Positions 17,866-26,278 of a stretch of 32,000 bases of DNA are shown piece after piece. Source of the DNA: Synechocystis sp. PCC 6803 substr. PCC-P. GTDB lineage: Bacteria > Cyanobacteriota > Cyanobacteriia > Cyanobacteriales > Microcystaceae. The notes beneath the pieces are model-generated. The model was not told the origin of the DNA, ran no database searches, and saw only the letters and a program-made list of their open reading frames with translations. How positions within the stretch are numbered: position 1 is the first letter of the stretch; every line of letters starts with the position of its first letter. The stretch spans positions 1,680,001 through 1,712,000 of the forward strand of contig NC_017039.1 of NCBI RefSeq assembly GCF_000284455.1, given 5' to 3'. The translations under genes and the position numbers were made by a program.

Positions 17866-19008
17866 ATGTCCTGGTTATGTTTATTGCCCATATCCGGGGG
17901 CATTGTATATAACCTGCTGACCGTGTTTACCACTAGCCTTTTTCTGGCAAGGTCTCTACCCAAGCAAGATTTCCAACCAGGGGTGTCAGTGCTGAAGCCA
18001 GTGCGGGGCTTGGAAAAAAACCTAGAAGCCAACTTACGCACCATTGCCCAGCAGAATTATCCCGCCTATGAAGTAATCTACTGTGTGCAAGATCCCCAGG
18101 ATCCGGCGTTGCCCATAGTCAAAAAGCTTCAAGCGGAGTTTGGCCCAGAAAAAATTATTGTGGCGGTGCATCAAATCGAACAGGGAGCCAACGGTAAGGT
18201 TAATAATCTCCTAGGGGGATTAAAACATGCTAAATACGACATTTTGGTGATAAGCGACAGTGACACCAATCTGCGCCCCGATTACTTGGCCACCATGGTC
18301 AGTCCCTTGGGCGATCGCCTGGTGGGCTGTGTCACCACCCCTTTCAAGTTGACCCAAGCCCAAACATGGTACGAAGGTTTAGAATTGCTGAGCATCAATG
18401 CTGACTTCATGCCCAGTGTTCTGTTTGCGGAGGTAACTGGAGCATCCAAAGCTTGTTTAGGTCCTTCCATTGCCATTCGGCGATCGACTTTAACGGAAAT
18501 TGGCGGCCTAGAAAGTTTAGCAGACTACTTGGTGGAGGATTTTGAACTGGGGCAGCGGGTTTGGACGGGGGGGTTAAAGATGGTTTTACTGCCCTATGTC
18601 ATCGACGCAGGGGTGAATTTGGATAATTGGACTAATTGGTGGAGCCATCAACTTTATTGGGATCAAAATACTTACCTGGCTCGCCCCTTGCCTTTTTTAG
18701 CCACCATCATTATTCGGGCAGTGCCCTTCGCCTTTTTGTTTACCTTTTGTCATTGGTCTGAGCCTTGGGCCTGGCTAATTCTGTTCATAACCCTAGCTAC
18801 CCGTTATGGGACAGCGGCCATAGTTGCCCAGGAACTAAAAGATGGGGAAACTATCCGCTATTTACCTTTATTACTATTGCGGGACTGCTTTGGCTTGGTT
18901 TTTTGGGCCCTATCTTTTTCCCAACGACAAGTCCTGTGGCGGGGCATAACCTATCGTCTTACCAAGGGGGGCAAAATGATACCGGCTTCCCCTATCCCTA
19001 AAAGTTAA
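17866..19008 (+). CDS. membrane glycosyltransferase, GT2/GT21 (ceramide-glucosyltransferase-like) family
   Basis: N-terminal TM helix, VSVLKPVRG, a VISDSDT (DxD) motif, VEDFELG and C-terminal TM helices. ATG 17866 is preferred, but GTG 17839 is possible. Confidence 0.8.
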   Translation: MSWLCLLPISGGIVYNLLTVFTTSLFLARSLPKQDFQPGVSVLKPVRGLEKNLEANLRTIAQQNYPAYEVIYCVQDPQDPALPIVKKLQAEFGPEKIIVAVHQIEQGANGKVNNLLGGLKHAKYDILVISDSDTNLRPDYLATMVSPLGDRLVGCVTTPFKLTQAQTWYEGLELLSINADFMPSVLFAEVTGASKACLGPSIAIRRSTLTEIGGLESLADYLVEDFELGQRVWTGGLKMVLLPYVIDAGVNLDNWTNWWSHQLYWDQNTYLARPLPFLATIIIRAVPFAFLFTFCHWSEPWAWLILFITLATRYGTAAIVAQELKDGETIRYLPLLLLRDCFGLVFWALSFSQRQVLWRGITYRLTKGGKMIPASPIPKS

Positions 19009-19459
19009 AGCGGGATGATTTAAGTCGGTGTTGATTGGCATTAGTCTTTGTATATTGGCTAACGGAGGGATTTCCCTTGGGATCAGTTACCCCGGTGGCG
19101 GTTTCCCACAGACTACGGGGAGCAGGGGTAACCATGTAAATACTGTCCTGCTTGCGAACGTAGTACCATCGCTTGCTTTGGCATTCCGGACACCAAAATT
19201 CTTCTAGCCATTCCCCGGTAAGGCTGACGGTGGGGCGATCGCCAAGGACAAGACTCGCTTTTTTGTGGGTGTAGCCCCGGCTCCGCAGTTGGGCAATTTG
19301 GTCAGCGTAGAGTCCATGTTTTTGGCTGACGCTATCTAGGTAACAACCGTGGATAGGGCAATGGATGGGGCGACGTTTGGGTCTTTTACGATGGCGGGAG
19401 CGTTTAGGAGGTTTAGTTGTTAGAGAGGTAACATTAGGAGAAAATTCTGGGGAACCCAT
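18998..19459 (-). CDS. hypothetical basic protein with a putative Cys/His zinc-ribbon
   Basis: 153 aa. Contains a KPPKRSRHRKRPKRRP basic tract, then HCPIHGC ... WCPECQ. Its 3' end overlaps the convergent glycosyltransferase gene by 11 nt. Confidence 0.5.
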   Translation of the reverse strand: MGSPEFSPNVTSLTTKPPKRSRHRKRPKRRPIHCPIHGCYLDSVSQKHGLYADQIAQLRSRGYTHKKASLVLGDRPTVSLTGEWLEEFWCPECQSKRWYYVRKQDSIYMVTPAPRSLWETATGVTDPKGNPSVSQYTKTNANQHRLKSSRFNF

Positions 19460-19920
19460 AGATGCACGACTGTCTAAAAAAATAGAGGTCTGGTCAGAGC
19501 TGCAGTTTACTTTTTCTGTTCAGCCGGACTCTATCATAATCACTGACATTTTGATTGTGTTTATCAGCCCATTGAGCAAAATGCTGGGCAGGAAGGACCC
19601 TTGCTCGCTGACCAATTTACTGGGACAAGCCAGTGGCTGGTGTGCCTTGCGCCCTAGCTTCAATTTTTGATACAGTGATCGGACTGATATAGCAAAAAAT
19701 AGCGAAAACCAAGCTAGACACGTACAAAATATTCTTTTGTGACCGTGGTTTTGCCCTTCGGAACGAGGGTTTTCCGCCCGTCTTCAGAATGTGAGGCCCA
19801 TTATTCTTCCGAATAACAATCATTTCTGTAGATAATAAATTCCTTCCTTGCTTTAGCAGGCAAGATTGGTTCACAATTTGATTGGGCCATTGCCCCATTA
19901 CCCTAACCCCCGCCAGGATT

Positions 19921-20163
19921 ATGGAAGATTTATTAGGTTTGCTACTTTCTGAAACCGGTTTATTGGCGATAATTTATCTAGGCCTAAGCCTAGCCTATCT
20001 ATTGGTTTTTCCAGCCCTTTTGTATTGGTATTTGCAAAAGCGTTGGTACGTGGCTAGTTCCGTCGAAAGACTAGTCATGTATTTTTTGGTCTTTCTCTTC
20101 TTCCCTGGGTTACTAGTGCTCAGTCCGGTGCTGAATCTACGACCCCGCCGCCAGGCTGCCTAG
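19921..20163 (+). CDS. ndhL: NAD(P)H-quinone oxidoreductase (NDH-1) subunit L
   Basis: [15 protein letters not shown]...[39 protein letters not shown] matches the conserved NdhL core (KQRWYVASS.ER..MYFLVF.FFPGLL). The protein is 80 aa from ATG 19921. Confidence 0.9.
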   Translation: MEDLLGLLLSETGLLAIIYLGLSLAYLLVFPALLYWYLQKRWYVASSVERLVMYFLVFLFFPGLLVLSPVLNLRPRRQAA

Positions 20164-20270
20164 ATTTTGCTTTTGTTTAGTCTCTAACTGAGTCGGCTGT
20201 TACTCCAGACCCAGTTGCCGTGTTTTTTTGTTGCCCATTGTTCCCATTTGTCATCCCAGGAAAAACCACC

Positions 20271-20585
20271 ATGCGACGCATTGATGCTTTGGCCATTGCC
20301 CTGGGTTTTTTCCTTTTGGGCGGAGTAGTTTACGCCGGATTGCAGGGTTTTGGCATCGAAGCTCAGCAGGCTGGCATTTGGACCCAAGCGGTGCTAGTGG
20401 GGGGCCTAATCATTTGGCTCCTTTCCTATGTCACTAGGGTATTTACCCACGACATGACCTATCACCAACAGATTAAAGAGTATGAAGATAAAATGATCGA
20501 ACTCCGCTGGGCGAATATGACCCCAGAGGAACGGGAAAAACTCCAGGCCGAAGTGGTGGAAGAAAAGGATACATCCAGTACCTAA
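20271..20585 (+). CDS. DUF3007-family small membrane protein (conserved in cyanobacteria and plastid lineages)
   Basis: MRRIDALAIALGFFLLGGVVYAGL..., two TM helices and an acidic C-terminal tail. ATG 20271 is preferred over GTG 20220. Confidence 0.65.
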   Translation: MRRIDALAIALGFFLLGGVVYAGLQGFGIEAQQAGIWTQAVLVGGLIIWLLSYVTRVFTHDMTYHQQIKEYEDKMIELRWANMTPEEREKLQAEVVEEKDTSST

Positions 20586-20642
20586 AAGACTTTCCTGTCC
20601 ATTGTTGTCTTGCTGGCTGAATAGTGTTTGTCGATTTTTGCC

Positions 20643-21146
20643 ATGGTTATACAGCCCATTTACTTACCCCATCTCCTCAAACAGCCCCGCTGTACCCAGG
20701 TCCTGGCCATTGATCAGGCGATCGCCGACTTGAAGACCCTAACGCCGGTGCGCGGGGAAGTGTCTGTGCGCCATGGGGGAACCTTTTTGGAAGTGAAAGC
20801 CGAAGCGGAAACCATTGTTACCCTCCACTGTGACCGTTGTGCCCAAAGCTATAACCAACGGCTAGCATTAGATACCAAGGAAATACTCTGGTTGGATAAC
20901 CAAGGGGAAAATACGATCCCAGTCTTGGAACGGGAACTAAGTTGGGATGACTTGTCGGAAGTGTTGCCCCCCGATGGTCACTTTGATGTGGAAACCTGGT
21001 TATATGAGCAATTTAATTTAGCTCTGCCCCTGAAAAACTTATGTGGTAAAGATTGCCAAGCTCCCCAGGTGCCGGATGATGGCACAGGCAATGGCTTTGA
21101 TCGTCGTTGGGCCGCCCTGGCAGATTTGAAACAGCAATGGAATTAA
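20643..21146 (+). CDS. YceD/DUF177 family protein (large-subunit rRNA accumulation factor-like)
   Basis: Contains MVIQPIYLPHLLK, HCDRCAQSY and a C-terminal LCGKDCQ cysteine pair. ATG 20643 is preferred over TTG 20628. Confidence 0.8.
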   Translation: MVIQPIYLPHLLKQPRCTQVLAIDQAIADLKTLTPVRGEVSVRHGGTFLEVKAEAETIVTLHCDRCAQSYNQRLALDTKEILWLDNQGENTIPVLERELSWDDLSEVLPPDGHFDVETWLYEQFNLALPLKNLCGKDCQAPQVPDDGTGNGFDRRWAALADLKQQWN

Positions 21147-21148
21147 AA

Positions 21149-21319
21149 TCAACCAACATTGGGATATTCATCCAGCAGTTGTTGATAGGGCTTCCAGTTA
21201 TCAGTACAGTGCACCGTCACTTTGCACTTTGTCAGTTGCTCTAGCAAACGACCCTGGGTGCCATCATGATTTCCCAGTTCCCAGTCGATGAATCTCCCAA
21301 TGAGGCGGTGACAAATCCA
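21149..21319 (-). pseudogene. fragment of an IS1-family InsB-like transposase, 56 codons, truncated at both ends
   Basis: Hand translation gives WICHRLIGRFIDWELGNHDGTQGRLLEQLTKCKVTVHCTDNWKPYQQLLDEYPNVG*. This aligns by eye with E. coli IS1 InsB ...[53 protein letters not shown]. Confidence 0.5.
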
Positions 21320-21321
21320 TT

Positions 21322-22385
21322 CAGGACTTACGCAAAAGAAAACTTAAGAGCAGGGGAACGAAGCTGTTGACGCAGGAAATCAGACCATGGTTGATGAGAT
21401 ATTTCGTAGACTGTCAATGGGCTATTAACCGCTTGACGACGAAGAAAATTCCAGACCTGTAAGGCACAGTGAATATGATTACGTTGAATGCGTCCCTTGG
21501 GACATTGACAGGCTTCTACACCAGTCAACTGCTTTAGTTCGCGATGAAAATGCTCAATCTTCCAGCGCATTCGACACTCCTCTCGTGTCGCCTGAGTCGA
21601 ATCTTGAGATAAGTCATTAGTCACGACGAATTCCGTCCGGTGTGGTGACACCGTAACTCGGAACAGTTGCACTTTTTTGTGAGCCGGAAAGCCTCAAATT
21701 TTAATCACTTTTCCTTGCTGTATTTCGGATGCATCCCATAGCAGTGCATCTACCCGTTGGTATGGAGAAGTGATGCCACTATCGTCCACCAATCGGTTCC
21801 GTTTCAGCGGGCAGTAGTAAATCTTGTTTAATGTGTCATCAATAAAAGCCATCAGCTTTTTAGTTGCGTACCAACTATCCATCAGTACAGTGGCGAACAT
21901 CAGATTCTTGCTATGTGTCACTTGACTGAGCATTTCCTTGACATGCTCTAGCTTACTGTAACTATCCATCCATTTGCCATATAGACGATAGTCGATCGCC
22001 CAGTACTGATTCACCTCTGGATTGACATAAACACAACTGACCAGACCAATACCTTTGACTAGTCCTCGGGCATTGCCACTATACTGCCACTGACTGCATT
22101 CGATTTTTTTACTATAGCTTTTGTCTAACACCGTATCGTCAAAGACAACATAAGCTTTTGGTGATTCGATTAGCTCTAGACGTACTTGTTCCCATAGCAA
22201 ACGAGGAGTCAGTTTTACTCCCTGTAGGTAACGTTTAATTCGGTTATGGCTCACGCCATCGAGATGCTTGGCAAGGTTTGTTAGGGTGTAGTTAATTGGG
22301 CTGCTCAGTAAATACTGACAGTAATCTAAACGAGTGAAAAAAGTTATCCTACCACCTTAACCTCATCTATCTTGCGTAAGTCCTG
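21322..22385 (-). mobile_element. IS4-superfamily (IS701/IS4-like) insertion sequence, ~1.06 kb, apparently inactive
   Basis: Perfect 14-bp terminal inverted repeat CAGGACTTACGCAA (21322-21335) / TTGCGTAAGTCCTG (22372-22385). It may extend to CATT on both sides (21318 and 22391). No clear target-site duplication is visible. Confidence 0.8.
21328..22356 (-). pseudogene. DDE transposase of the IS4-like element, interrupted by one in-frame TGA and lacking a canonical start for its conserved N-terminus
   Basis: ORFs 21694..22254 and 21328..21672 are in the same frame: ...KVIKI*GFPAHKKVQLFRV, with TGA at 21694-21696. Catalytic candidates are VVFDDTVLDK, VLMDSWYATKK and R-x3-E-x6-K in RWKIEHFHRELK. 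The conserved FFTRLDYCQYLLSSPINYTLTNLAKHL lies upstream of the tracker start, with no ATG/GTG/TTG before it. Confidence 0.8.
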
Positions 22386-22453
22386 TCAATGTTATTCACA
22401 ACTTTATTCACAACGAGCAGGAAGTCCAGCCAAAATTAGCTTCAGTATTTTTT

Positions 22454-23200
22454 CTATTTTTCCTTCACCATGGCCCACTCTTGGGGCGTTAGGGGTTCCC
22501 ACCGTAAGTGGGATTGAAAGTGCTGTTGGGCTGCAGTCGTTAAAACCTTTAAAACCTGGGGCAGACTGGGATCATTGGTCAACTCTGCCATGGTTTTTTG
22601 CCAAGGAGCCGGTTGGTTAAAAACAAGCTCAAACAAATGGCGATCGCCATGCCAGATCATTTCCCCGTGTTGCAGAAGGGCGTTGGAAGTTTGCCGTTGG
22701 GCACTGCCAATTAATTTGTCCCCGGTGGGGCTGACTAAATCCGCCATCGTAGCGGTGCTGAAGCAACTGGCATTGTGGATATAACCCCTTCCTCCCCGGC
22801 CATAGGTTAAGGACAGTCCTAACTGGTCCCAACCTTGGATGAGAAATTGGCAAATGTGCTGATAAATTTCCCGCCGCTTTCCTCCGGTGGCCCCGGTGAC
22901 CACAGCATAGGTTAGCCCCCCTTGGTGCAACACTGCCCGCCCACCACTGGGCCTCGTTACCAACCCAAGCGATTGCCCCTGCCAAGTTAATTGCCGCCAA
23001 TGGTCTGGCCAGGATTTTTGCAAATAACCTAGGGAAATGGTGGGCCTAGACCAACCGTAGAATCGCAATACCGATCGCCCGGTGCGGGGAAAATAATCTT
23101 CCAATAACCATTGATCCAAGGCCATTTGTAAATTACCGGGAGCTTGGATGTAGGGCAATAAACGCCAGGGGGAAGACTGAGCAGGGGGAAGGGTAGCCAA
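22454..23200 (-). CDS. lipoate-protein ligase / octanoyltransferase family protein (BPL/LPL catalytic domain only)
   Basis: Contains TRPSGGRAVLHQGGLTYAVV and the GDKLIGSAQRQ lysine motif. The protein is 248 aa. Confidence 0.8.
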   Translation of the reverse strand: MATLPPAQSSPWRLLPYIQAPGNLQMALDQWLLEDYFPRTGRSVLRFYGWSRPTISLGYLQKSWPDHWRQLTWQGQSLGLVTRPSGGRAVLHQGGLTYAVVTGATGGKRREIYQHICQFLIQGWDQLGLSLTYGRGGRGYIHNASCFSTATMADLVSPTGDKLIGSAQRQTSNALLQHGEMIWHGDRHLFELVFNQPAPWQKTMAELTNDPSLPQVLKVLTTAAQQHFQSHLRWEPLTPQEWAMVKEK

Positions 23201-23265
23201 CGGGAAAGTTCTCCTGACAAAAGTCTAGGCAAAATATGTTAGTCTTAAAAACGCTAGGACAACAC

Positions 23266-23336
23266 GCGGGTGTAGTTTAGTGGTAAAACCTTAGCCTTCC
23301 AAGCTAATGATAGGGGTTCGATTCCCCTCACCCGCT
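23266..23336 (+). tRNA. tRNA-Gly (anticodon UCC), 71 nt, CCA not encoded
   Basis: Manual cloverleaf: acceptor GCGGGTG/CACCCGC, D stem GTTT/AAAC, anticodon stem TTAGC/GCTAA with loop CTTCCAA, T stem AGGGG/CCCCT with loop TTCGATT, discriminator U. Confidence 0.93.
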
Positions 23337-23402
23337 TTGGGTAATGGGTACAGCGGTCTCCGAAACTCGATAATTTTGATTGATAATTTCTGATCGTCCC
23401 TG

Positions 23403-24827
23403 ATGTCCGTTGCGACACCCCTCCTCGACCGTCATCCATGCTCCCTCGATAATTCCTCGGTTCTGCACGGTTATCTGGTGGAACAGCAGAGGGGACTTGC
23501 TTCTGGCCAACGGTTCCTGTGGAGCTTTACGGAGAACTTGGGCAAGGTTGATCCCCTGGCGGTATTTGGGGCGCTCAATGTCCAAGATAAGGTGCATTTT
23601 TACGGCGAAAATCCCCAGCGAGGGGAAACCATACTGGCTTTTGGTATTTGCCAGTCCCTGAGGATTTCTGGCAAGTATCGCTTCAGTTTAGCCCAACAAT
23701 TTGCAGAGGAATGTTTCCAGCGCTTAGTGCCCATTGGTAATGTCCAGGGCAGAAGTCAACGCCCCTATATTTTTTGTGGCTTTAGTTTTTTTGACCGCCC
23801 CTCCAACCGCAATCCTTTTGCTAATTCTTTTTTGTTTTTACCCCAAATCCAAGTGGTGAAAACGTCCCAGCATTGCTTATTAAGCTGGCAAATTAGTTTA
23901 GATGGCAACACCAATGTCACCGATTTGGTGGATTTTATCGGTCGAATGCTCAGCGCTATCCGTCGGGCCCAACCTGCTAGGGATACCCATACTCCCTCCA
24001 TGGTTGTAAAAGCTCCCCGATTGACGGGAATAGAGGTGGCCAAGCTTTCCAAGGCGATCGCCTCTAGCTTGGAGGAAATTGCCCAGCAAAGATTGAGCAA
24101 GGTAGTGCTGGCAACGGCGTTGGATTTGGACTATGGTTCTCGACTCAATGTGGCCCATTGTTTGCAACGACTGCGGCAACAGTATGGAGATTGCTATTTA
24201 TTCTCCTGGGGCAATGGCCAGGGGGATTGTTTTGTGGGGGCTAGCCCAGAAAGATTACTTAGTTTGCATAATCAACAGCTGGTCACCGATGCCCTAGCAG
24301 GTTCGGCTCCTAGGGATGTCGATGTCCAGGGCGATCGCCAATTGGGGCAAGAGTTATTGCACAATCCCAAGGAATTGCGGGAACATCAAGCGGTGTTGGA
24401 TTACCTCCTCCAGCGTCTCCGGGCATTGGGCCTAAGCCCCCAGGCTTCCTCCTTGAAGTTGCTTAAATTGGCCAATATTCAGCACCTCTGGACCCAAATT
24501 CAAGCCCCTCTGCCGCCCCACATCCATCCCCTGGCCCTGGTGCAACAACTCCATCCCACCCCCGCTGTGGCCGGTGTCCCCGTAGCGATCGCCGAAGATT
24601 TAATCCGTCGCCATGAAACCTTTGACCGCAATCTCTATGCTGCTCCCCTGGGTTGGTTGGACAGTGAAGGTAATGCTGAGTTTATTGTCGGTATTCGTTC
24701 TGCCCTTCTGTCCCGTAATCGAGCCAGACTATACGCCGGGGCGGGCATTGTGGCCGGTTCCGATCCCCTCAAAGAAGTGGCAGAAATTGAGCTCAAACTT
24801 CAAACTCTCTGGCGTTCTTTGATTTAA
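23403..24827 (+). CDS. menF: isochorismate synthase (phylloquinone pathway)
   Basis: Chorismate-binding C-terminal domain: HPTPAVAGVP, FDRNLYAAPLGWLD, FIVGIRSALL and YAGAGIVAGSDPLKEVAEIELK. Confidence 0.88.
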   Translation: MSVATPLLDRHPCSLDNSSVLHGYLVEQQRGLASGQRFLWSFTENLGKVDPLAVFGALNVQDKVHFYGENPQRGETILAFGICQSLRISGKYRFSLAQQFAEECFQRLVPIGNVQGRSQRPYIFCGFSFFDRPSNRNPFANSFLFLPQIQVVKTSQHCLLSWQISLDGNTNVTDLVDFIGRMLSAIRRAQPARDTHTPSMVVKAPRLTGIEVAKLSKAIASSLEEIAQQRLSKVVLATALDLDYGSRLNVAHCLQRLRQQYGDCYLFSWGNGQGDCFVGASPERLLSLHNQQLVTDALAGSAPRDVDVQGDRQLGQELLHNPKELREHQAVLDYLLQRLRALGLSPQASSLKLLKLANIQHLWTQIQAPLPPHIHPLALVQQLHPTPAVAGVPVAIAEDLIRRHETFDRNLYAAPLGWLDSEGNAEFIVGIRSALLSRNRARLYAGAGIVAGSDPLKEVAEIELKLQTLWRSLI

Positions 24828-24838
24828 CTAATAATCTC

Positions 24839-24890
24839 GCAACAATGGCGGGGCAAAATAGAATATGGGTAGTCCGCCGTTGCGTTTCAG
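24839..24890 (+). terminator. possible menF terminator hairpin
   Basis: GCAAC(aat)GGCGG ... CCGCCGTTGC followed by GTTTC. The loop is long (~22 nt) and the U-tract is poor. Confidence 0.25.
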
Positions 24891-24895
24891 TCTAA

Positions 24896-26251
24896 ATGGG
24901 GGAAACTGTCATGCGTCTCAATGCTAAAGCAAAGTCATTTTTAACCAAGGAAATTAATCGGGAAGCGGAATCCCTCGGCTTTGAGGTGCAAAAGGATATC
25001 GTCCTCAAACGCTTAAATCAATTAGCCCAGGAAAAAGGTAAACCCCTGGGTAAAGAAGATTTGGCCGAGCAGGTGACGGATATGTTCCCCACCATGGCCG
25101 ACCAAACCCTAACTAAGGCGGCGAAGTTAAATACGGCCCAGCAATGGCGGCTCTGGCTAATGACCGGGGGAGTTATGGGGGCTGGTCTAGTGGGTTTTAT
25201 GGGCTTAATTTGGTTGGTGAATTTGCCCTATCCTATGGTGCGGCGGCCGGTGGCCCGGGTGGCCCCCATGTTGCTACTGCCCAGTTATCTGAACATGGAT
25301 AGAAATTACCGCGAGGCGATCGCCCACGGAGAACAGGCGGATCAGTTGGTGAATAATGCCACCAGCGCGGCGGACATTGAATTGGGGGCGGAAAAAGTGC
25401 GCCTAGCCCAGCAAAATTTAGATCAGTTGCCAGTGTGGTTCCTTGGCTATGAGCCGGTGAAGGTTTGCCAGTTTATGGGAGGTTGTTCCTGGAATTTCAC
25501 CTTTGATGAATTTCAGCGGGCCCGGGCCCAGGTGGGGCGCATGGAAGCCAGGATTTTTCAGGAAAAAAATGCCCTATCGGCCCTGACCACAGCGGAACAA
25601 AACATTCAAACTGCTAGGGCTAGCTATGAACAGGCCACTATCCCAGAACAACGACAAGCGGCGATCAAAAGTTGGCAAGGAGCCATCAATGAATTAACCC
25701 TAATTCCAGAGCAAACCTTAGCCGGGAGTCAAACCACCAATCGTTTACGGAACTATGAACAGGAATTTCAACAGGCCGCAGGCTTAGTGGCTGGTACGAA
25801 TCAAACCCAAACCATGGTGATGGCGGCCCAACAATTTGCCCAACGGGCGGATCAAACCATGGCCCAGGCTCCGTTAACGGCGAATCAATGGCAGGAAGTA
25901 TTGAATTTGTACCAAGAAGCCATCCAAAGACTACAAACGGTGCAACCCCAGGACGCCCAATATTTGTCAGCCCAAACTTTTTTGGCCGAATATACGGAAA
26001 CCCTCGGTAAAATTCGCATCAATTTGGCGGCGGAACAGGGAGCAACGGCTCAATTTGACCAAGCCCAAACTCAAATTCAAAACCTACTCACTAATCTGCC
26101 TGCCAGTAATGATAGTCAGGGTCGTAACCGCATTAAAGGGGAAATTAGCCAGATTATTAGCCAATTGCAAAAGGTACAGCCTGGCACCACCGTTTATGAC
26201 CAGGCTCAGACCCTAATTAACCAAGCCCAAAGTCGGGCCCAGCAGCTTTAA
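24896..26251 (+). CDS. conserved hypothetical membrane-anchored protein with a Gln/Ala-rich repetitive helical ectodomain
   Basis: One TM helix (WRLWLMTGGVMGAGLVGFMGLIWLV), then four loosely repeated W/IxxAIxxLxx(I/V)(P/Q)Pxx..Y..AQ segments. The start may be ATG 24896 or 24911. Confidence 0.6.
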   Translation: MGETVMRLNAKAKSFLTKEINREAESLGFEVQKDIVLKRLNQLAQEKGKPLGKEDLAEQVTDMFPTMADQTLTKAAKLNTAQQWRLWLMTGGVMGAGLVGFMGLIWLVNLPYPMVRRPVARVAPMLLLPSYLNMDRNYREAIAHGEQADQLVNNATSAADIELGAEKVRLAQQNLDQLPVWFLGYEPVKVCQFMGGCSWNFTFDEFQRARAQVGRMEARIFQEKNALSALTTAEQNIQTARASYEQATIPEQRQAAIKSWQGAINELTLIPEQTLAGSQTTNRLRNYEQEFQQAAGLVAGTNQTQTMVMAAQQFAQRADQTMAQAPLTANQWQEVLNLYQEAIQRLQTVQPQDAQYLSAQTFLAEYTETLGKIRINLAAEQGATAQFDQAQTQIQNLLTNLPASNDSQGRNRIKGEISQIISQLQKVQPGTTVYDQAQTLINQAQSRAQQL

Positions 26252-26278
26252 GGGATAATTTTTGGGGATGCAAACTGA

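Noticed and set aside
19365-19898. ORFs 19365..19670(+) and 19617..19898(-) in the ndhL upstream spacer
   Set aside because: They overlap each other, lack a Shine-Dalgarno or plausible start context, and show no recognisable family features. I treat the interval as non-coding.
20184-20230. ndhL terminator (T7 run at 20223-20229)
   Set aside because: I could not find a convincing uninterrupted stem directly upstream of the T-run. The candidate pairs ACTG/CAGT and CGGC/GCCG interleave, so no terminator feature is called.
22372-22620. 82-aa ORF 22372..22620(+) starting inside the IS terminal repeat
   Set aside because: It runs antisense to the 3' end of the lipoate-ligase-like gene and starts within the IS inverted repeat. 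It has no supporting features.
23254-23661. ORFs 23254..23439(-), 23328..23597(-) and 23410..23661(+)
   Set aside because: The first two run antisense through the tRNA-Gly gene or the menF 5' end. The third is an alternative frame of menF. tRNA genes commonly generate such spurious ORFs.
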